Below, in pieces: positions 1-12,674 of a stretch of 64,000 nucleotides of DNA. The notes beneath the pieces were generated by a model. That model did no database searches, had not been told where the DNA came from, and saw nothing but the letters and a program-made list of their open reading frames with translations. The stretch is from Hormiphora californensis (Eukaryota; Animalia; Ctenophora), in the NCBI GenBank assembly GCA_020137815.1, contig CM035352.1, positions 7,254,001 through 7,318,000 of the forward strand, read 5' to 3'. Made by a program: the position numbers and the translations under genes. Position 1 is the stretch's first letter. The number at the start of each line of letters is the position of its first letter.

Positions 1-181
1 TAGCCATGGAACCACATGGCCGATTTGAGTTATTATTATTATTATTAAATCTAAAATGTATACATTGGATAAAATACAACATATACTGCCCCTTTTTGTG
101 GGCTAAATTGATAGTCATAAGGTTCCTTTTGAAGTCTCTTTAGAGTACAAATTACATGTAGCAGGTCAGCCACATTTAATT

Positions 182-435
182 GGTAAGCGGTAAAGGTTTC
201 TATATTTTTAATCAATTTCTTGTTTCCATGCATCCGGTCAGTATTAGCAGCAGTTATACTGTGTCAGTACTGGGTAAGTGGTAAAGGTTATGACTTGACG
301 CATGTGTGTATAACAGAGTACAATGTACTCAACTAAACGTCGCGCGCGAGACATCGGTCAACTGACCACGGAGAACCTCGCGCGCTGTCGCACGTACCGT
401 CTCTCAGGAGACGGGTCAACCTTTACCGCTTACCG
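182..435. mobile_element. Short MITE-like element, uninterrupted copy
   Basis: TIRs GGTAAGCGGTAAAGGTT...AACCTTTACCGCTTACC. It is the reverse complement of 886-1735 once that copy's insert is removed. Confidence 0.75.
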
Positions 436-885
436 ACACTGCTGCGCGTGACGTAAATTGTATGGAAAGTAGTACTAGCGCGCACCGTCAGCACTCACTT
501 GCTTGCCGACCTTGGCAACTGCCGTGCTTGGGAACTGATGCCTGGGAATCTCTAACTGGTGCCTTATGGTTCCTTATGGACATGCGCTCTGAGGACTGCC
601 GATTGAGTGATTTTTCTTAAAAAAGTTGACCCGACCAAATAAAACCTTTTTTTAGATGCAAATCCGCGCGCGCGTATTGGTTCAGCAAATGGCGCGGCGC
701 GGTTTTTCCAATTGACCAGCGCGTTACGTTCAATCAGGTCTGTGTTTCTCATGCTAAGGCTCCCGCTTTTGGGCTGGAATTCCATGGACCTAGTCAGACA
801 CTGCAAAGTCTACAGTAGCACAGCTGCACAGTTACAGTGAGTGTGTGCTGGATCCAGCTGTAGCATCAGCCATACCCATTGGGTG

Positions 886-1735
886 GGTAAGCGGTAAAGG
901 TTGACCCGTCTCCTGAGAGACGGTACGTGCGACAGCGCGCGAGGTTCTCCGTGGTCAGTTGACCGATTGGAATGCGCTGCAGCCCCCTCATGCGCGCACC
1001 CCCGCAACGAGGGGACTGAAGGGAATGCCGCGCGCGCGTTTGGCCTGAGCTCAGGACGGGCCCGGCTAGGTCGAAGATAACTTTGCGAGCGAAAAAACGG
1101 CGGTGCTTATAACTTTGGCCCCTGAAGTCCGTTTGACTTGATTCTTTCACTAGCTGTTAGATCTGACAATTATCTACCTTGCTGTTTTTGAGAGAAGTAA
1201 ATTGGACTTCAGGAGGCTGAGCAATAACCGTTCAAAGATGGGTTGTTTTCAAAAAGTGACGTCACAGATCCCTGCAGGGACACTTTGTTTCAAATTTGAA
1301 TTAAAATCTCGAATTTTTTTATTTTACCGCACTCGATTTTGCGGAGTTTGGTTCATATCTCCTGTTCCTGATAAGATAGAGACCTGAAACCGGTTGCATT
1401 TTAAAGCTGTTATCTTCCTCTTTCCAACGCTACCAAAACGATTTCTGTACCTTATCTGGAACCGGAGATATGATTGTTTATGTATTCCCCCCCAGCGCGG
1501 TATTCCCTCCAGGCCCCTTATATTATATTATAAGGGGCCTGCAACGTATGCCAAGTTGACCGATGTCTCGCGCGCGACGTTTAGTTGAGTACATTGTACT
1601 CTGTTATACACACATGCGTCAAGTCATAACCTTTACCACTTACCCAGTACTGACACAGTATAACTGCTGCTAATACTGACCGGATGCATGGAAACAAGAA
1701 ATTGATTAAAAATATAGAAACCTTTACCGCTTACC
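886..1735. mobile_element. Second, inverted copy of the same MITE carrying a nested insertion
   Basis: 886-967 matches the reverse complement of 353-435 and 1554-1735 matches the reverse complement of 182-363; same TIRs. Confidence 0.75.
968..1553. mobile_element. Non-autonomous DNA transposon with 11-bp TSD (MULE-like)
   Basis: AGTTGACCGAT duplicated at 957-967 and 1554-1564, but single in the empty copy (reverse complement at 353-363). Imperfect TIRs TGGAATGCGCTGCAGCCCC / GGGGCCTGCAACGTATGCCA. Confidence 0.8.
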
Positions 1736-1859
1736 AGCAGTGTCACATGGTTCCCACAGAACCATCTGCACATGATGGCCGGGCATGCAGGAACGCGCCG
1801 TGCCCTGATATCAGGGAGCGTCCCCCTGATATCAGGGGGACGCTGGTTTAACTGGTGTG

Positions 1860-2206
1860 TAATAAAGTTCAAGAGCCTCCAAGAGCGCACCACAATCAAG
1901 AGAGACCAAAATCAAGAGCACACCACAATCAAGAGAGACCAAAATCAAGAGCACACCACAATCAAGAGAGACCAAATCAAGAGCGCACCACAATCAAGAG
2001 AGACCAAATCAAGAGCGCACCTCATCCAAGAGAGCTCCCTATCCAGAAGATACCAAATGTGGTGCGCTATTGAATTTGGTCTCTCTTGATTGTGGTGCGC
2101 TCTTGATTTGGTCTCTCTTGATTGTGGTGTGCTCTTGATTTTGGTCTCTCTTGATTTTGGTCTCTCTTGATTGTGGTGCGCTCTTGGAGGCTCTTGAACG
2201 TTATTA
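1860..2206. mobile_element. Foldback-type element with TIRs built from ~32-33-bp tandem units
   Basis: TAATAAAGTTCAAGAGCCTCCAAGAGCGCACCACAATCAAGAGAGACC... mirrored at 2074-2206; arms contain different numbers of units. Confidence 0.75.
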
Positions 2207-2590
2207 TGGTTCCTTATTGACCACGATTTGTCGCAGAAATGAAAGTGATTGACGGGTTCGGCAAGTGGGGAAGGGAGAGGGGCCGCACTTTAATGACAGT
2301 AGGATCTGCAGCTCTATTCGAGCCCATTCCAGATCAGGTCCCGAATTGTGGCAGGCACTGGGAATATGAATATGAATACAGAATATGAACTCCACAGGGG
2401 ACCTCATAAGAGGTCCCCTCCCTTTATCTCCCTCTTGTGCTGAACTTAATCAGTGAGAAAGACGTCGTTTAAAATACTGTGAGAATTTCTCACAATTCTC
2501 TCAATACTTGAGTTCACTGGTTGCACTAGCTAGTGTAGTCTCACTCTTATTTATCCCTCTTTGCATCGTAACCCACGTTTTGGTTTCAGG

Positions 2591-3879
2591 AACATGATTC
2601 CAGTGATGATTTGACAGAGGATGACGAAAGTTTCGCGGTAAGAGTAGCAAACGCTGCAGAGCCAATGAGCTATATCCTTCAACGATGCAATGAACTGGAA
2701 ATGTAAGTGGTATTACGACTGCTATGCTGGAAAGATTGCATCGTGTTTTAAATTAAACCAAAATCAATGTTGCAAGTTTTTTCTTAGACCGATGTATTTT
2801 TTCATAAGTTGTTAACGTGGCCATTCCGGATCGGCTAGTTGTGTTTTGGAACGCTTAAACTCCCCAAAAGTCACGTTGAGGGTGTGCGGCACAGTTGGCA
2901 ACTATATTGAGTCAGTACAGATGGTGAATCTCCAAGATATGTTTCCAAAGTCCAATGACCAATCTCACACCTTTTTCACTTTTCAGGCAGCTGTATCCAT
3001 TAAGGACGGGAGGCTTGTTCAACTTATGAAGGATGCAGGGTCGACCATCATGCGGCCCGACATCTCCTTTGTTTTGGGACTCCTCAAGTTGCTGAAGAAA
3101 TTTTCCCTTCAACTCCAGCGGGCCAACCTGAGGGTTGACGAGTACTTCCATCTGCTGGAGCTCCTCAGGTTCACGTTCGAGACCACCTTCAAGGTGCAAC
3201 CAATGACCCCGGCCGCCCAGTCCTACCTAGAGGTGTATAACAACATTCTTGCTGAACCTCTGAAGGACCCGTGGTACAGGACAGCCAGATCACGGGCAAG
3301 GGAACTAGAGTTGTTGGACATTGAAGCAGGAAACTCAGTGGACATGGAAATGAGGACAGCTTCCCACCAGCGCTTCTTAGATGCCGTCCTCAGACAGGTC
3401 AACTTGTACTGCTATAAGAACAAGAAGTTTACATATGGCAAGGGGGTGAACCTAAGTTTGACAAAGGCTATGGGGGAGTATCTGCGGGATCTGGACAGGA
3501 CAACCCCCCCTGTACACGTATGCGAGAAGGTCGAGGAGGGATGCCCTCAACAGGGTACCACGTGGACCAGCTGAAGCACTTGTGTGATGGTGATCTGACC
3601 CAGGATACTGTGGAAGTGTTCAAGGCCCAGATTGCGGGGACCGGCCTCCCCTTCAACAATGCCATCCAGAGGCTGGCCTTTAACCCCACCACTCCCAGCG
3701 GCCCCCTACAACTTGCTTTAAAATGCATCGTTTTATCGTGTAGTGAAGCGAAGGCCGAAACCTGGGGGCATATGATGGAGAGCCATATTCATAGCCGCTT
3801 CAATAACTCTGGATTATGGAATGATGATGTTCGGGGGCAAAAGGAACTCTTCATTCATTGTAACCTCCCCCGCAAATAA
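2591..3879 (+). pseudogene. Degenerate hAT-superfamily transposase (C-terminal half)
   Basis: DISFVLGLLKLLKKFSLQLQRANL and RFLDAVLRQV resemble hAT insertion-domain helices. LALKCIVLSCSEAKAETWGHMM...KELFIHCNLP resembles the hAT C-terminal dimerisation domain. GT-AG intron at ~2703-2787; frameshift at ~3550. Confidence 0.6.
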
Positions 3880-3891
3880 ACTAAAGCTGCT

Positions 3892-4410
3892 CAGAAAATT
3901 CTCTCTCGAACTTCAGAGAGCCAACGTGAGGGTGGACCAGTATTTTTGTGTGCTCGAGCTAATGAAGTGTACCTTCGAGAGCACCTGAATCCGATGACCC
4001 CGGCTGCCCAGTCATATCTGGAGGTTTCTAACAACGTTCTAGCCGAACCTCTGATGGACCCATGGTATAGGTCAACAAGATCACGGGCCAGGGAATTTGA
4101 GTTATTTGACATCGAGACAAACACAGTGAACTCTGTTGAGGACAGCTTCTCACCAATGTTTCCTGGATGCCATCCTCAAGCAGGTGAAGCTGTACTGTTT
4201 CAAGAATAAGAGATGGGAAGGGGGCCAACCTGAAATTGACGCAGGCGATGGGGGAGTATATGAGAGATGTGTACAGGACAACCCCCCCTGTCAGCGAGAG
4301 GGTGGAGGAGGGGTTCATCATGCCCTCAACCGGTAAGCGATCCCCTGGCATTGAAATGCATAGTTCCCTCGTGCAGTGAGGCGAAAGCTGAGACGTTATG
4401 GGGAGTCCCC
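3892..4410 (+). pseudogene. Second, more decayed copy of the hAT-like transposase fragment
   Basis: PMTPAAQSYLEV...RTASHQCFLDAILKQVKLYC...LALKCIVPSCSEAKAET parallels 3095-3770, with indels. Confidence 0.65.
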
Positions 4411-4516
4411 GTAAACACCACTGGACGTCCAAGTGATGAAGAGGTGGCCAACCTCTTGTGCATCATTATCGGAGAAATCCAACTGAAAGACAAGAGGATA
4501 CAACGCAGGTAAACTA

Positions 4517-6401
4517 CAGGGGTGGGCATAAAAGATGTCCGCCCTAGACTAGCATGGTTCCAGATATTGTAGAGCGCCAAAATTTGGCAGAGTTACTCTA
4601 TGGGACAAATAAATAGGTTGACCAAAATTTCAGACTTTTAGCTCAAAGTTCATTTTTTTGATCGGAATGAACATTTAGTAAGGTGATAAACCAGGAACAC
4701 CACAAAAAAATTTGTTACAAAGGATTTCCACCTCAAATGTACTCCTAAGGGTCCCCTCTATCGATTCCAACCAATGCTCATATTTGCTCAGGGGTGCTAA
4801 GGCCTCATTTCCGGGTGGGCGTGGTACCTGTATTTTCAGCCTGAGGCCAAAACCATAAATACCCTTAAAATAGGAGTAGAGACAAAATTGAGGCCACTAA
4901 AATGATCAGCGTCCTCGAATTAGTGGGGGTAGGTGCTGAAATTAAGTCTCTATCTCATCTGGTTAATTAGATAATTGGATAATTAGTTTTGCGCATAACC
5001 GTTTTTTGGCTATATGGCTATAGCCACTTAGGAATGGTTAAGAGACTTTTCATTGGTGCCATTTTGTAGGCAAAGCGAAATTATGGGGGGTCGAAGTCGG
5101 ACTTTTAAGCTCTATCTTCAACTGTTTAGCCGTTATTTGGCTTTAACGGTGTTCAAAATTGGGCTTTTTACCGTATTTTGCTCATTTGGAGCATCTTAAA
5201 AGTCAAATAACGGCTAAACGGTTGAAGATAGAGCTTAAAAGTCCGATGTTGACCCCCCATAATTTCGCTTTGCCTACAAAATGGCACCAATGAAAAGTCT
5301 CTCAACCATTCCTAAGTGGCTATAGCCATATAGCCAAAAAACGGTTATGCGCAAAACTAATTATCCAATTATCTAATTAACCAGATGAGATAGAGACTTA
5401 ATTTTAGCACCTACCCCCACTAATTCGAGGACGCTGATCATTTTAGTGCCCTCAGTTTTGTCTCTACTCCTATTTTAAGGGTATTTATGGTTTTGGCCTC
5501 AGGCTGAAAATACAGGTACCACGCCCACCCGGAAATGAGGCCTTAGCACCCCTGAGCAAATATGAGCATTGGTTGGAATCGATAGAGGGGACCCTTAGGA
5601 GTAAGTTTCAGGTGGAAATCCTTTGTAACAAATTTTTTTCTGGTTGGGGCTAAAATCTTAGTTAAATCCCCTTACTAATTGTCATTCATTCCAAAAAACA
5701 TGAATTTTTGATCAAAAAGTCAAACAATTGTCTTTTGCTATCAAATTTCTTTCAAATGCGACCAAGAAAATCCAAAACAGACAACCACAAGGCACGCAGT
5801 GATCATGTTTCTTACAGTGTGTCAGGTCATGTGATCCTCACCGAATCGTGGACAACTTTCTGAATTTCTAATCAGGCTTATTTAGGAACAATCACGTATC
5901 ATAGCCGCTAATGAGGGATGTGTATCGAAAAAGCGACATGTGATTCGAAAGCACTGAGATAAAGAGACCACTTGCCTCGGATCTCATGGCCAATCATCTT
6001 CGTCATCCCACATTGGCGGCTGTGATACGTGATTCTCCACTACTAATCCTGATTAGCAATTCAGAACAGTCCAAGATTCGATGGAGATCACATGACCTGA
6101 CTAACTGTCAGAAACATGATCACTGTGTGCCATGTGATTGCCCGTTTCTGATTTTCTTAGTCACATTTGAAAGAAATTCGATAGCCAAAGACAATTGTTT
6201 GAATTCTGGATCAAAAATTCATGTTTTTTGGAATGACTGACAATGTTCATTCCGATAAAAAAAAAAGAACTTTGAGCTAAAAGTCTGAAATTTTGGTCAA
6301 CCTATTTATTTGTCCCATAGAGTAACTCTGCCAAATTTTGGCGCTCTACAATATCTGGAATCATGCTAGTCTAGGGCGGACATTTTTTATGCCCACCCCT
6401 A
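4517..6401. mobile_element. Tc1/mariner-type non-autonomous element with two internal hairpins
   Basis: TA|CAGGGGTGGGCATAAAA...TTTTATGCCCACCCCTA|TA with ~150-bp TIRs. Internal inverted repeats at ~4704-5144/5199-5639 (near perfect) and ~5680-5920/6004-6243 (diverged). Confidence 0.8.
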
Positions 6402-6680
6402 TAGATTATTACCCTTTTCACATCTAAAGTCAAACTTTTTCTCTACCCGGCTGTCTCTTTGCTTTGTAAAAAGGCAAGAGCAGGGTTATAATTTGAAGAT
6501 GACATGTCGGTATACTAGTAAACCTGTAGACGGTCAATTTTGGTACCAATTTTGTCGCGAGGGGGCGTAAGCAACTGAGCTGCGCGCACAGCAACGGCAT
6601 GTTCCTGCCGCGTATTTCGCGTGTTTCATACACATTATCATCTTGCGAGTGTTGGAGGTTAGATAAGTAGTAATCCTGCA

Positions 6681-6871
6681 TTTTCGGAACGTGTTCGTCT
6701 CAACATTGCGCGTCGCAGGCTGTACCAAACCCGGGTGAACAAGCTAACAATAGTGCAATTACATGCGCGTGATGCAGTATATCGCATGTAAGTTCACTAT
6801 TGTTAGCTCGTTCACCCGGGTTAGCTCGTTCACCCGCGACGCGCAATGTGTAGACGAACACGCTCCGAAAA
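6681..6871. repeat. Nested inverted repeat (small MITE-like hairpin)
   Basis: TTTTCGGAACGTGTTCGTCT.../...AGACGAACACGCTCCGAAAA outside; CCCGGGTGAACAAGCTAACAATAGTG/CACTATTGTTAGCTCGTTCACCCGGG inside. Confidence 0.65.
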
Positions 6872-7087
6872 GAGAGCATTAGGTTAGAATGTCGGTAAAT
6901 AGCAAGTGCATTGGAGTTAGCTAAGCTATGTGAGAAGAATACTGACCGCTAGATTGTATGCATCTCATATTACATTACTACCAAGTCTTGATCCAAGATC
7001 CTGCGTGGTTACTAACAAAGGAAAAATTACCGTTTAGTACAGTAGTAAGCAGTAGTTTTTCCTCTGTTAGTTCATTTGAAATCTTCA

Positions 7088-7251
7088 GATACCTGGCCGA
7101 GTTGGCGGATAAATACAGCATCAAAGATCACCGAGGGAGGGATCGCCGAGATTGGAAAAAGGTGGCCAGCGCCTTTAACGGTATCTTCAGAACAGATCAC
7201 TCCCCCGAGGTTATCCGGAATCGCTGGAGGTTATACTTTGGCGACAAGAAA
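7088..7251 (+). pseudogene. Isolated exon encoding a Myb/SANT-like helix-turn-helix
   Basis: cttcag| acceptor and |gtaagt donor around YLAELADKY...DWKKVASAFNGIFRTDHSPEVIRNRWRLY, which has Myb-type W spacing. Confidence 0.55.
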
Positions 7252-7501
7252 GTAAGTTTGTGTAGGTCCACTGGACATTAGTTAATGCAATAGTATAGTA
7301 TATGAATAAAAGGAATGGAGGGAGGGAAGGAGATAGGGATAGAGATAGGGATAGAGTTAGAGAAAGAATAGTTGAATCTTCCGTCGGTACCACTGTCCAA
7401 GTTTGACATCCTCGCAATCATGATCACGTGATCTGAAAGATGAATTGTACTTCTAGTCGATTTATTTAAAAAAACCAGGTTCCTAGTCGACTCTACATGC
7501 T

Positions 7502-7864
7502 TTGCATCCGGGATGGGGACATAGGATGGAGACACATATCCACAGCAGGTTTAACAACCCAAGAATGCAAAACGATGATGTCAGGGGGCAGAAAGAACTT
7601 TTCATTCACTGTAATCTCCCCCAGCCATTAGACTGGCCTGCACTTGTCCGGCAATTCTTAAAGAATGGGATCGCATACCCATCAGATGAATGGGTACAAC
7701 AGGATGCGCCGGGGGTCGAAGAGTCTCAGGGAGGTTCTTCGACAACACCAGCTTACCAAAAAAGAATTAGGACAATAAAAATAAAAAAGAAGAAGGTTCC
7801 GAAGATTGAGGCGACCAGTGAGTTTAGGGACGGCCGTCCCAAAACAGTAAGTAATACCAACTAA
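7502..7864 (+). pseudogene. Third hAT-like C-terminal fragment
   Basis: WGHRMETHIHSRFNNPRMQNDDVRGQKELFIHCNLP is nearly identical to the peptide at 3762-3870. Confidence 0.65.
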
Positions 7865-8067
7865 TACCAACGCACGCCAACTCTTCTCTCCCTATAGTCT
7901 GAATGTGTCTCTCGCTTTTCCCTTTTTTACAAGAACGAATGATTCTGAAGATTTCAAACTGTGTTTAACGCGCCGTGTTTCATCTTTGCGTGTGATAAAG
8001 CAGGGTCTAGGGTCTGACTTTGGGTACGGTGTCCCCTCTCTTCTTGGGAAGGGGGAAGGAGAGAGGG

Positions 8068-8112
8068 ATTTACCCTTTCCCCGGAGCATCCCGGTAAATC
8101 GGGGTCCGACTG
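8068..8112 (-). mobile_element. Solo pogo/Tc1-like terminus
   Basis: Minus strand reads TA|CAGTCGGACCCCGATTTACCGGG; the same terminus recurs at ~45703-45722. Confidence 0.45.
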
Positions 8113-8139
8113 TATTATGTATATTATTCAATTATTGCT

Positions 8140-8194
8140 AATTTGCTAATTGTTGAAAACTATATATATTATAGTTTTCAACAATTAGCAAATT
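8140..8194. repeat. Short perfect AT-rich hairpin
   Basis: AATTTGCTAATTGTTGAAAACTATA...TATAGTTTTCAACAATTAGCAAATT. Confidence 0.8.
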
Positions 8195-8587
8195 ACATGA
8201 CGATTGCTAATTGATTGCATGAAACTTAAGTAGTAACAAAACCTGTGTTTGTTGTTCTTCAAGTTTGCTAGCTCCTACGAAAGTGATCGAGCAGTTTTCT
8301 AGGTTACCGGCTTGCAAAACCGGATAATTACTATTTATATTACTCCTCCTTACACCATGTCACGTTTCAGATGTGCGGAAAGAACACAGAGAGCCACATG
8401 CCAGCCACATGCGGCAACGCAGAGGAGGCGGCGAGGGGGGCAGGATGGGGGATGGCAGACTTTGGGTCGTGCCCCTGTGAGCATCCAGTGCAGCTCCACC
8501 TGACATTTGTCACATGTGGACATGTTGTCAAGGCCTGGAGTTGCACTGGATGCTCACCAATAAAAGGCACAATGTGTCAAGTGGACA

Positions 8588-8614
8588 GTGAGAGTGAGAG
8601 GGAGAGTGAGAGTA

Positions 8615-8680
<66 letters not shown>
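8588..8680. repeat. (GAGAGT)n microsatellite
   Basis: Direct reading, ~15 units. Confidence 0.95.
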
Positions 8681-8681
<1 letters not shown>

Positions 8682-10139
8682 AGAGGTGAAGCTCGGGTTC
8701 GATGTGTGGGTGAAGGCGAACCCGATACTATTTGGTGTTACTTGTGTGATTATGTCTTAGTTTTTGTGATCCTCCCGGTAGTATGGAAGTGGGTTTCATT
8801 TGAGCCTCCAGCTGCAGCTGTGTGCAGAAACAATGTAGCCGTGTGTCACATTGGTGCTCCAGTGATTGGATGTAGAGGAGTTCTTTTAAACTTTTTATAT
8901 TTGTTAATTCATTTTTTAGAAACAGTTATACAACGTTTATTCCCTTCATAGCTATTAGTTCATGTATGTTGCAGTAACCAGCTGGCCTAGATGATCGACT
9001 GATGGACTGATGGAGGGTGCTAGTATTGCAAGATCGTGTGGAGACTGCTAGGCGAGGATTTTCATTTAGGTACATTAATTAACTTACATGATTCTGTATT
9101 CTCTGAAGTATGGATATTGTCTAATGCTATTATACTAGTATAATATCAAGTTCTAACAAGATCCACCCTACCCAGGCGGAGAGGCAAGGAAGATACTCCG
9201 TGTCACGGTACCAAGAAGTTGTGACTTGTGCTTCTTCAGAATAAAATCACACACCATCAGCCATCTCATGTTTGAGGTAAATAATCAGTGATCTCTGTGA
9301 TTTGGGTTGTAACTCTGATCTTTTGTGACAGACAGTGTGCCATCTGACTGAACCAAAGTTATTTTAACACATGAATGTAGCGCGCGAGGTCTCACCAGAG
9401 GGTAAAGAGTAGTATTTTTGCGCGGCGCGTTCAAAATTTGTCCCCCACGTTCTGTTTTGGAACATTGCTCGTTCCAAGCATGCCGATTCTTCCGCCAGCC
9501 GGGGCCCGGGCTTGAACGCAAGAGGAAGGGGTTTAGACCGCAACATTGCATGCTGTTATTATCACTACCTCATCATTCTCCCTTTTCAGTCGATATAACA
9601 GCTGTGGGTGACGGGGGAGTGTAACAGAAACGACTGAGAGCCCTTACTAAACAGGAGCCAGCTAAGTGATATTACCCTTTCAAATTAATTACTATCAATA
9701 TTAACAAATTTAAGTAATATGAGATAGGAGAGGGAGAGAGCTTTTAACGCTCACTTCCATTTCCCAACTCCTCGCGTTAAAGTTATTCATGTCCAATGGT
9801 AGCGTTCTGCCATATGTAGGTCATTGTTGGCCTTTAATATGTTTTACTTTGATCAGCTCCAATTCCAATTTGAGGTTTTTATCCCGTTTGGGATGAAAAT
9901 GTGCAGTGTGGGCAACAAAAAACCTCCGCCGTTTATTTGTTTACTGTTCCCCAATTTAGTTACTGTAATTGTAATAAATGTAACTGATGTAATATGAGAT
10001 TTCAAACTATTTAGATCGTACTAGATAAGGGCTAGAATTTAGCTCGATATCCGGTGATTGTGTTTGTCCGCCGTGGATCGTGAAATGCCTTCCTCCTTAG
10101 CCACTACTATAGACTCCTATACTATGAGGGACGAGAGTA

Positions 10140-10191
10140 GATGCCTTTCAGATGCCTTTCAGATGCCTTTCAGATGCCTTCAGATGCCTTT
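10140..10191. repeat. (AGATGCCTTTC)n short tandem repeat
   Basis: About five 10-11-bp units. Confidence 0.9.
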
Positions 10192-11567
10192 GTCTTGTAC
10201 TTGTTTCAAACTTTCATCAACTACAACGTAAAACTATTTATTGAGACGGCACCCCCCCCCCCCCCTCATCTCATTGCATCTCATTTCTCATATAATTATT
10301 TTCATCGGATATAGCTGCTGTTCTAATGGGTCCTGTTTATCATTTACCAGTAAACTGCTCGGTAGCTCATTCGATAGGTGTGTAGGCCCGGGGGGGGGGG
10401 GGGGGGGGGGTATTCTCAAATCTTCATCCATTCTTTGAAGTCCCAGGCCAGTCCCAGTCCCAGCTGCCCCAGAGCCACCAGTCATCCATTGTTGGTAAAG
10501 GTAGGTGGAGAACAAATGGTGGTAAGACGGTGCCACCTTCTGAAACACAATGAAGGACCGTGTATAAATCATAGTATGTTTCTAACGGTGATTTTCTAAT
10601 TTATAATTTTATGTTCGGCACTAGTCTGTCTAGTTACTTCATCATCGAACCCTGCCTCAGGATTTGTCCTCCGGCATTAGCCACGGATATATGTTAATGG
10701 TTTGACTATGGGTCATTATAGACTGGGTCAGCGATCGATGTGTGGTGGAGTTCATTCAGCTTCCTTTTCTTGTTGAAATGGTTTACGATTCTATTCTTCC
10801 TTTCCTCATCAATCGTTGGTTTAGGCTTCAATCTTATTTTGTTTATCGTCCTTTACTACATCTACTATGCTGGGCCAGCATTTAAATACATATAAACAGA
10901 TCAATTTGAGCTTTAAAAACATATTATATGCTGTGGAAGTTTTCCACGTCAATTGATGAGAATTCCCTCAGTGCAATTTCCTTCCCGGACATCCCGTAGC
11001 AGTGGAGATCTATATTGGTCTAAGCTGTGTGTATTTATTATCATTAATTATTTTAATTTAATATCAACCGACCATGACAACCATTAGTTATGATAATTTT
11101 TTATTATTTACCCCGTCTTTCCATCAATGTCCATTCTGAATTCTGGCTGGAAATCTGCTACCATCCCGTCATCTGGACCGGCCTAGTTTGAGGTCGGATC
11201 TACTAGCATCTACTGGTTAGATCTGTACTAATATATCGAATCTACCCCTCTCTTAACTCACCTGTCTCAACATAAAACTGCTCCCAGCATGCTTTAGATA
11301 TCGAGGACAGATTCCTTTGCTCTGTAAATAAATTGGGTGTTTGCGGCAAACCCTGTCAAACTAGTGACGCTTTTCGCCAGTATACTTTTCGCCAGTGTAC
11401 TTAACAGTGAGTTACCTGTCTAAAGGTAGTGGCATGAGTTCCAATACATGTACACTCCTTCAACTTAGGGACCCCATGCGACCTTTAATCGCTCCCATCA
11501 CCGTTTGTTCGATACCGAGATCAGGGGAAATCGCTCCATATTGCTACACATATTGCTACAACAAAAT

Positions 11568-11745
11568 GAAGCCTGTCAAAACTCCAATCACAATTACTTT
11601 CAGAGCAAGGGTATTGCTTCTGCTTCCGACCAGGTGGCTTGGTCCCATGCGTGAGTTTAATATGACGGTCCAAAGTGTCTCTCCGGGTTGTGGTGTAACA
11701 ACGATTGGGAGTGAGGACTGAGGACACATTACGTGTTTACAAGGG
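11568..11745 (-). pseudogene. C2H2 zinc-finger remnant
   Basis: CYTTTRRDTLDRHIKLTH followed by YPCSESNCDWSFDR; second finger truncated. Confidence 0.5.
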
Positions 11746-12674
11746 TCTTTATCAGCCAATCAATAATCTGCCCCTTCGACCATCCTTCCTCTTTCCGTGA
11801 TCCTCGGGGGTAGAATTGCTACTAGTTTTGCCTTTGTTAGGGGGGAAAGGTTTCCAATCCTTCTCCAGATTGTCTGGGTGAGTTTCTCCAGCCTCCTGAG
11901 TGCAACTAAAATACATATTATAACCTAATTAAATCTTAGCATATATTGAGTATCCTCAACGGTGTAACTCAAAAATGAGCCTATACTCTGCAAAAAGGTT
12001 ATTCCATTGATACATGATTAGCGATTACTTTATTATTTATTGTTACTTTATATATTATTACTTTTGGTGATGACATCCCCTATTACGTAGGCTTCGTTTA
12101 GCTGCGCTGTGCGCGGCTAGTGTAGGGGTGGCTGCGTCACCAATTATTCCACTCAGGAGTCAGGAGAGTTGTGATCTCGTGGCAGATATCATTGCATAAA
12201 GAAGTTCAGCTAGAGAAGCTAGTTGACTACATGACTAGTCAATAGGAGTTCCGCTATCTTCTGAACTCTGTCCTAAGCGAAATCGACTCTTCCTGACCGC
12301 CGCAGGAGGTGTTTCTAACAGTTATCTCCTTATCAGAGATATTCAGGTGGGGCCACGCACATTGCATTTTTCATCCCCCACGCTTTAGCTATCTCTTCGT
12401 TATTAACTCTATAGGCTGAAAATTGTGGATGTTGAAAAGACATGGAGAAGATTACTATGCGAAATCTTCATCAGCTTCTCTTTATCATCTTCACATGTGT
12501 GTTGAGGCCCTTGTCTTTGTATCCACTTTTGCCTTTCTCTCATGTAGCCCGTCATTGTAAGATCTTCGTTGGAAGCCGCACTTTCCCCGTCGCAACCAGT
12601 TTTGCATGAACATGTTACCCATTTTCTTATCACAGTGTCGGGCAAACTTCTTCAACTCTTTTACAGGGGTTTAA

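Noticed and set aside
8371-8760. 129-aa ORF with an ES repeat
   Set aside because: Its length is largely produced by the (GAGAGT)n microsatellite; no recognisable domain.
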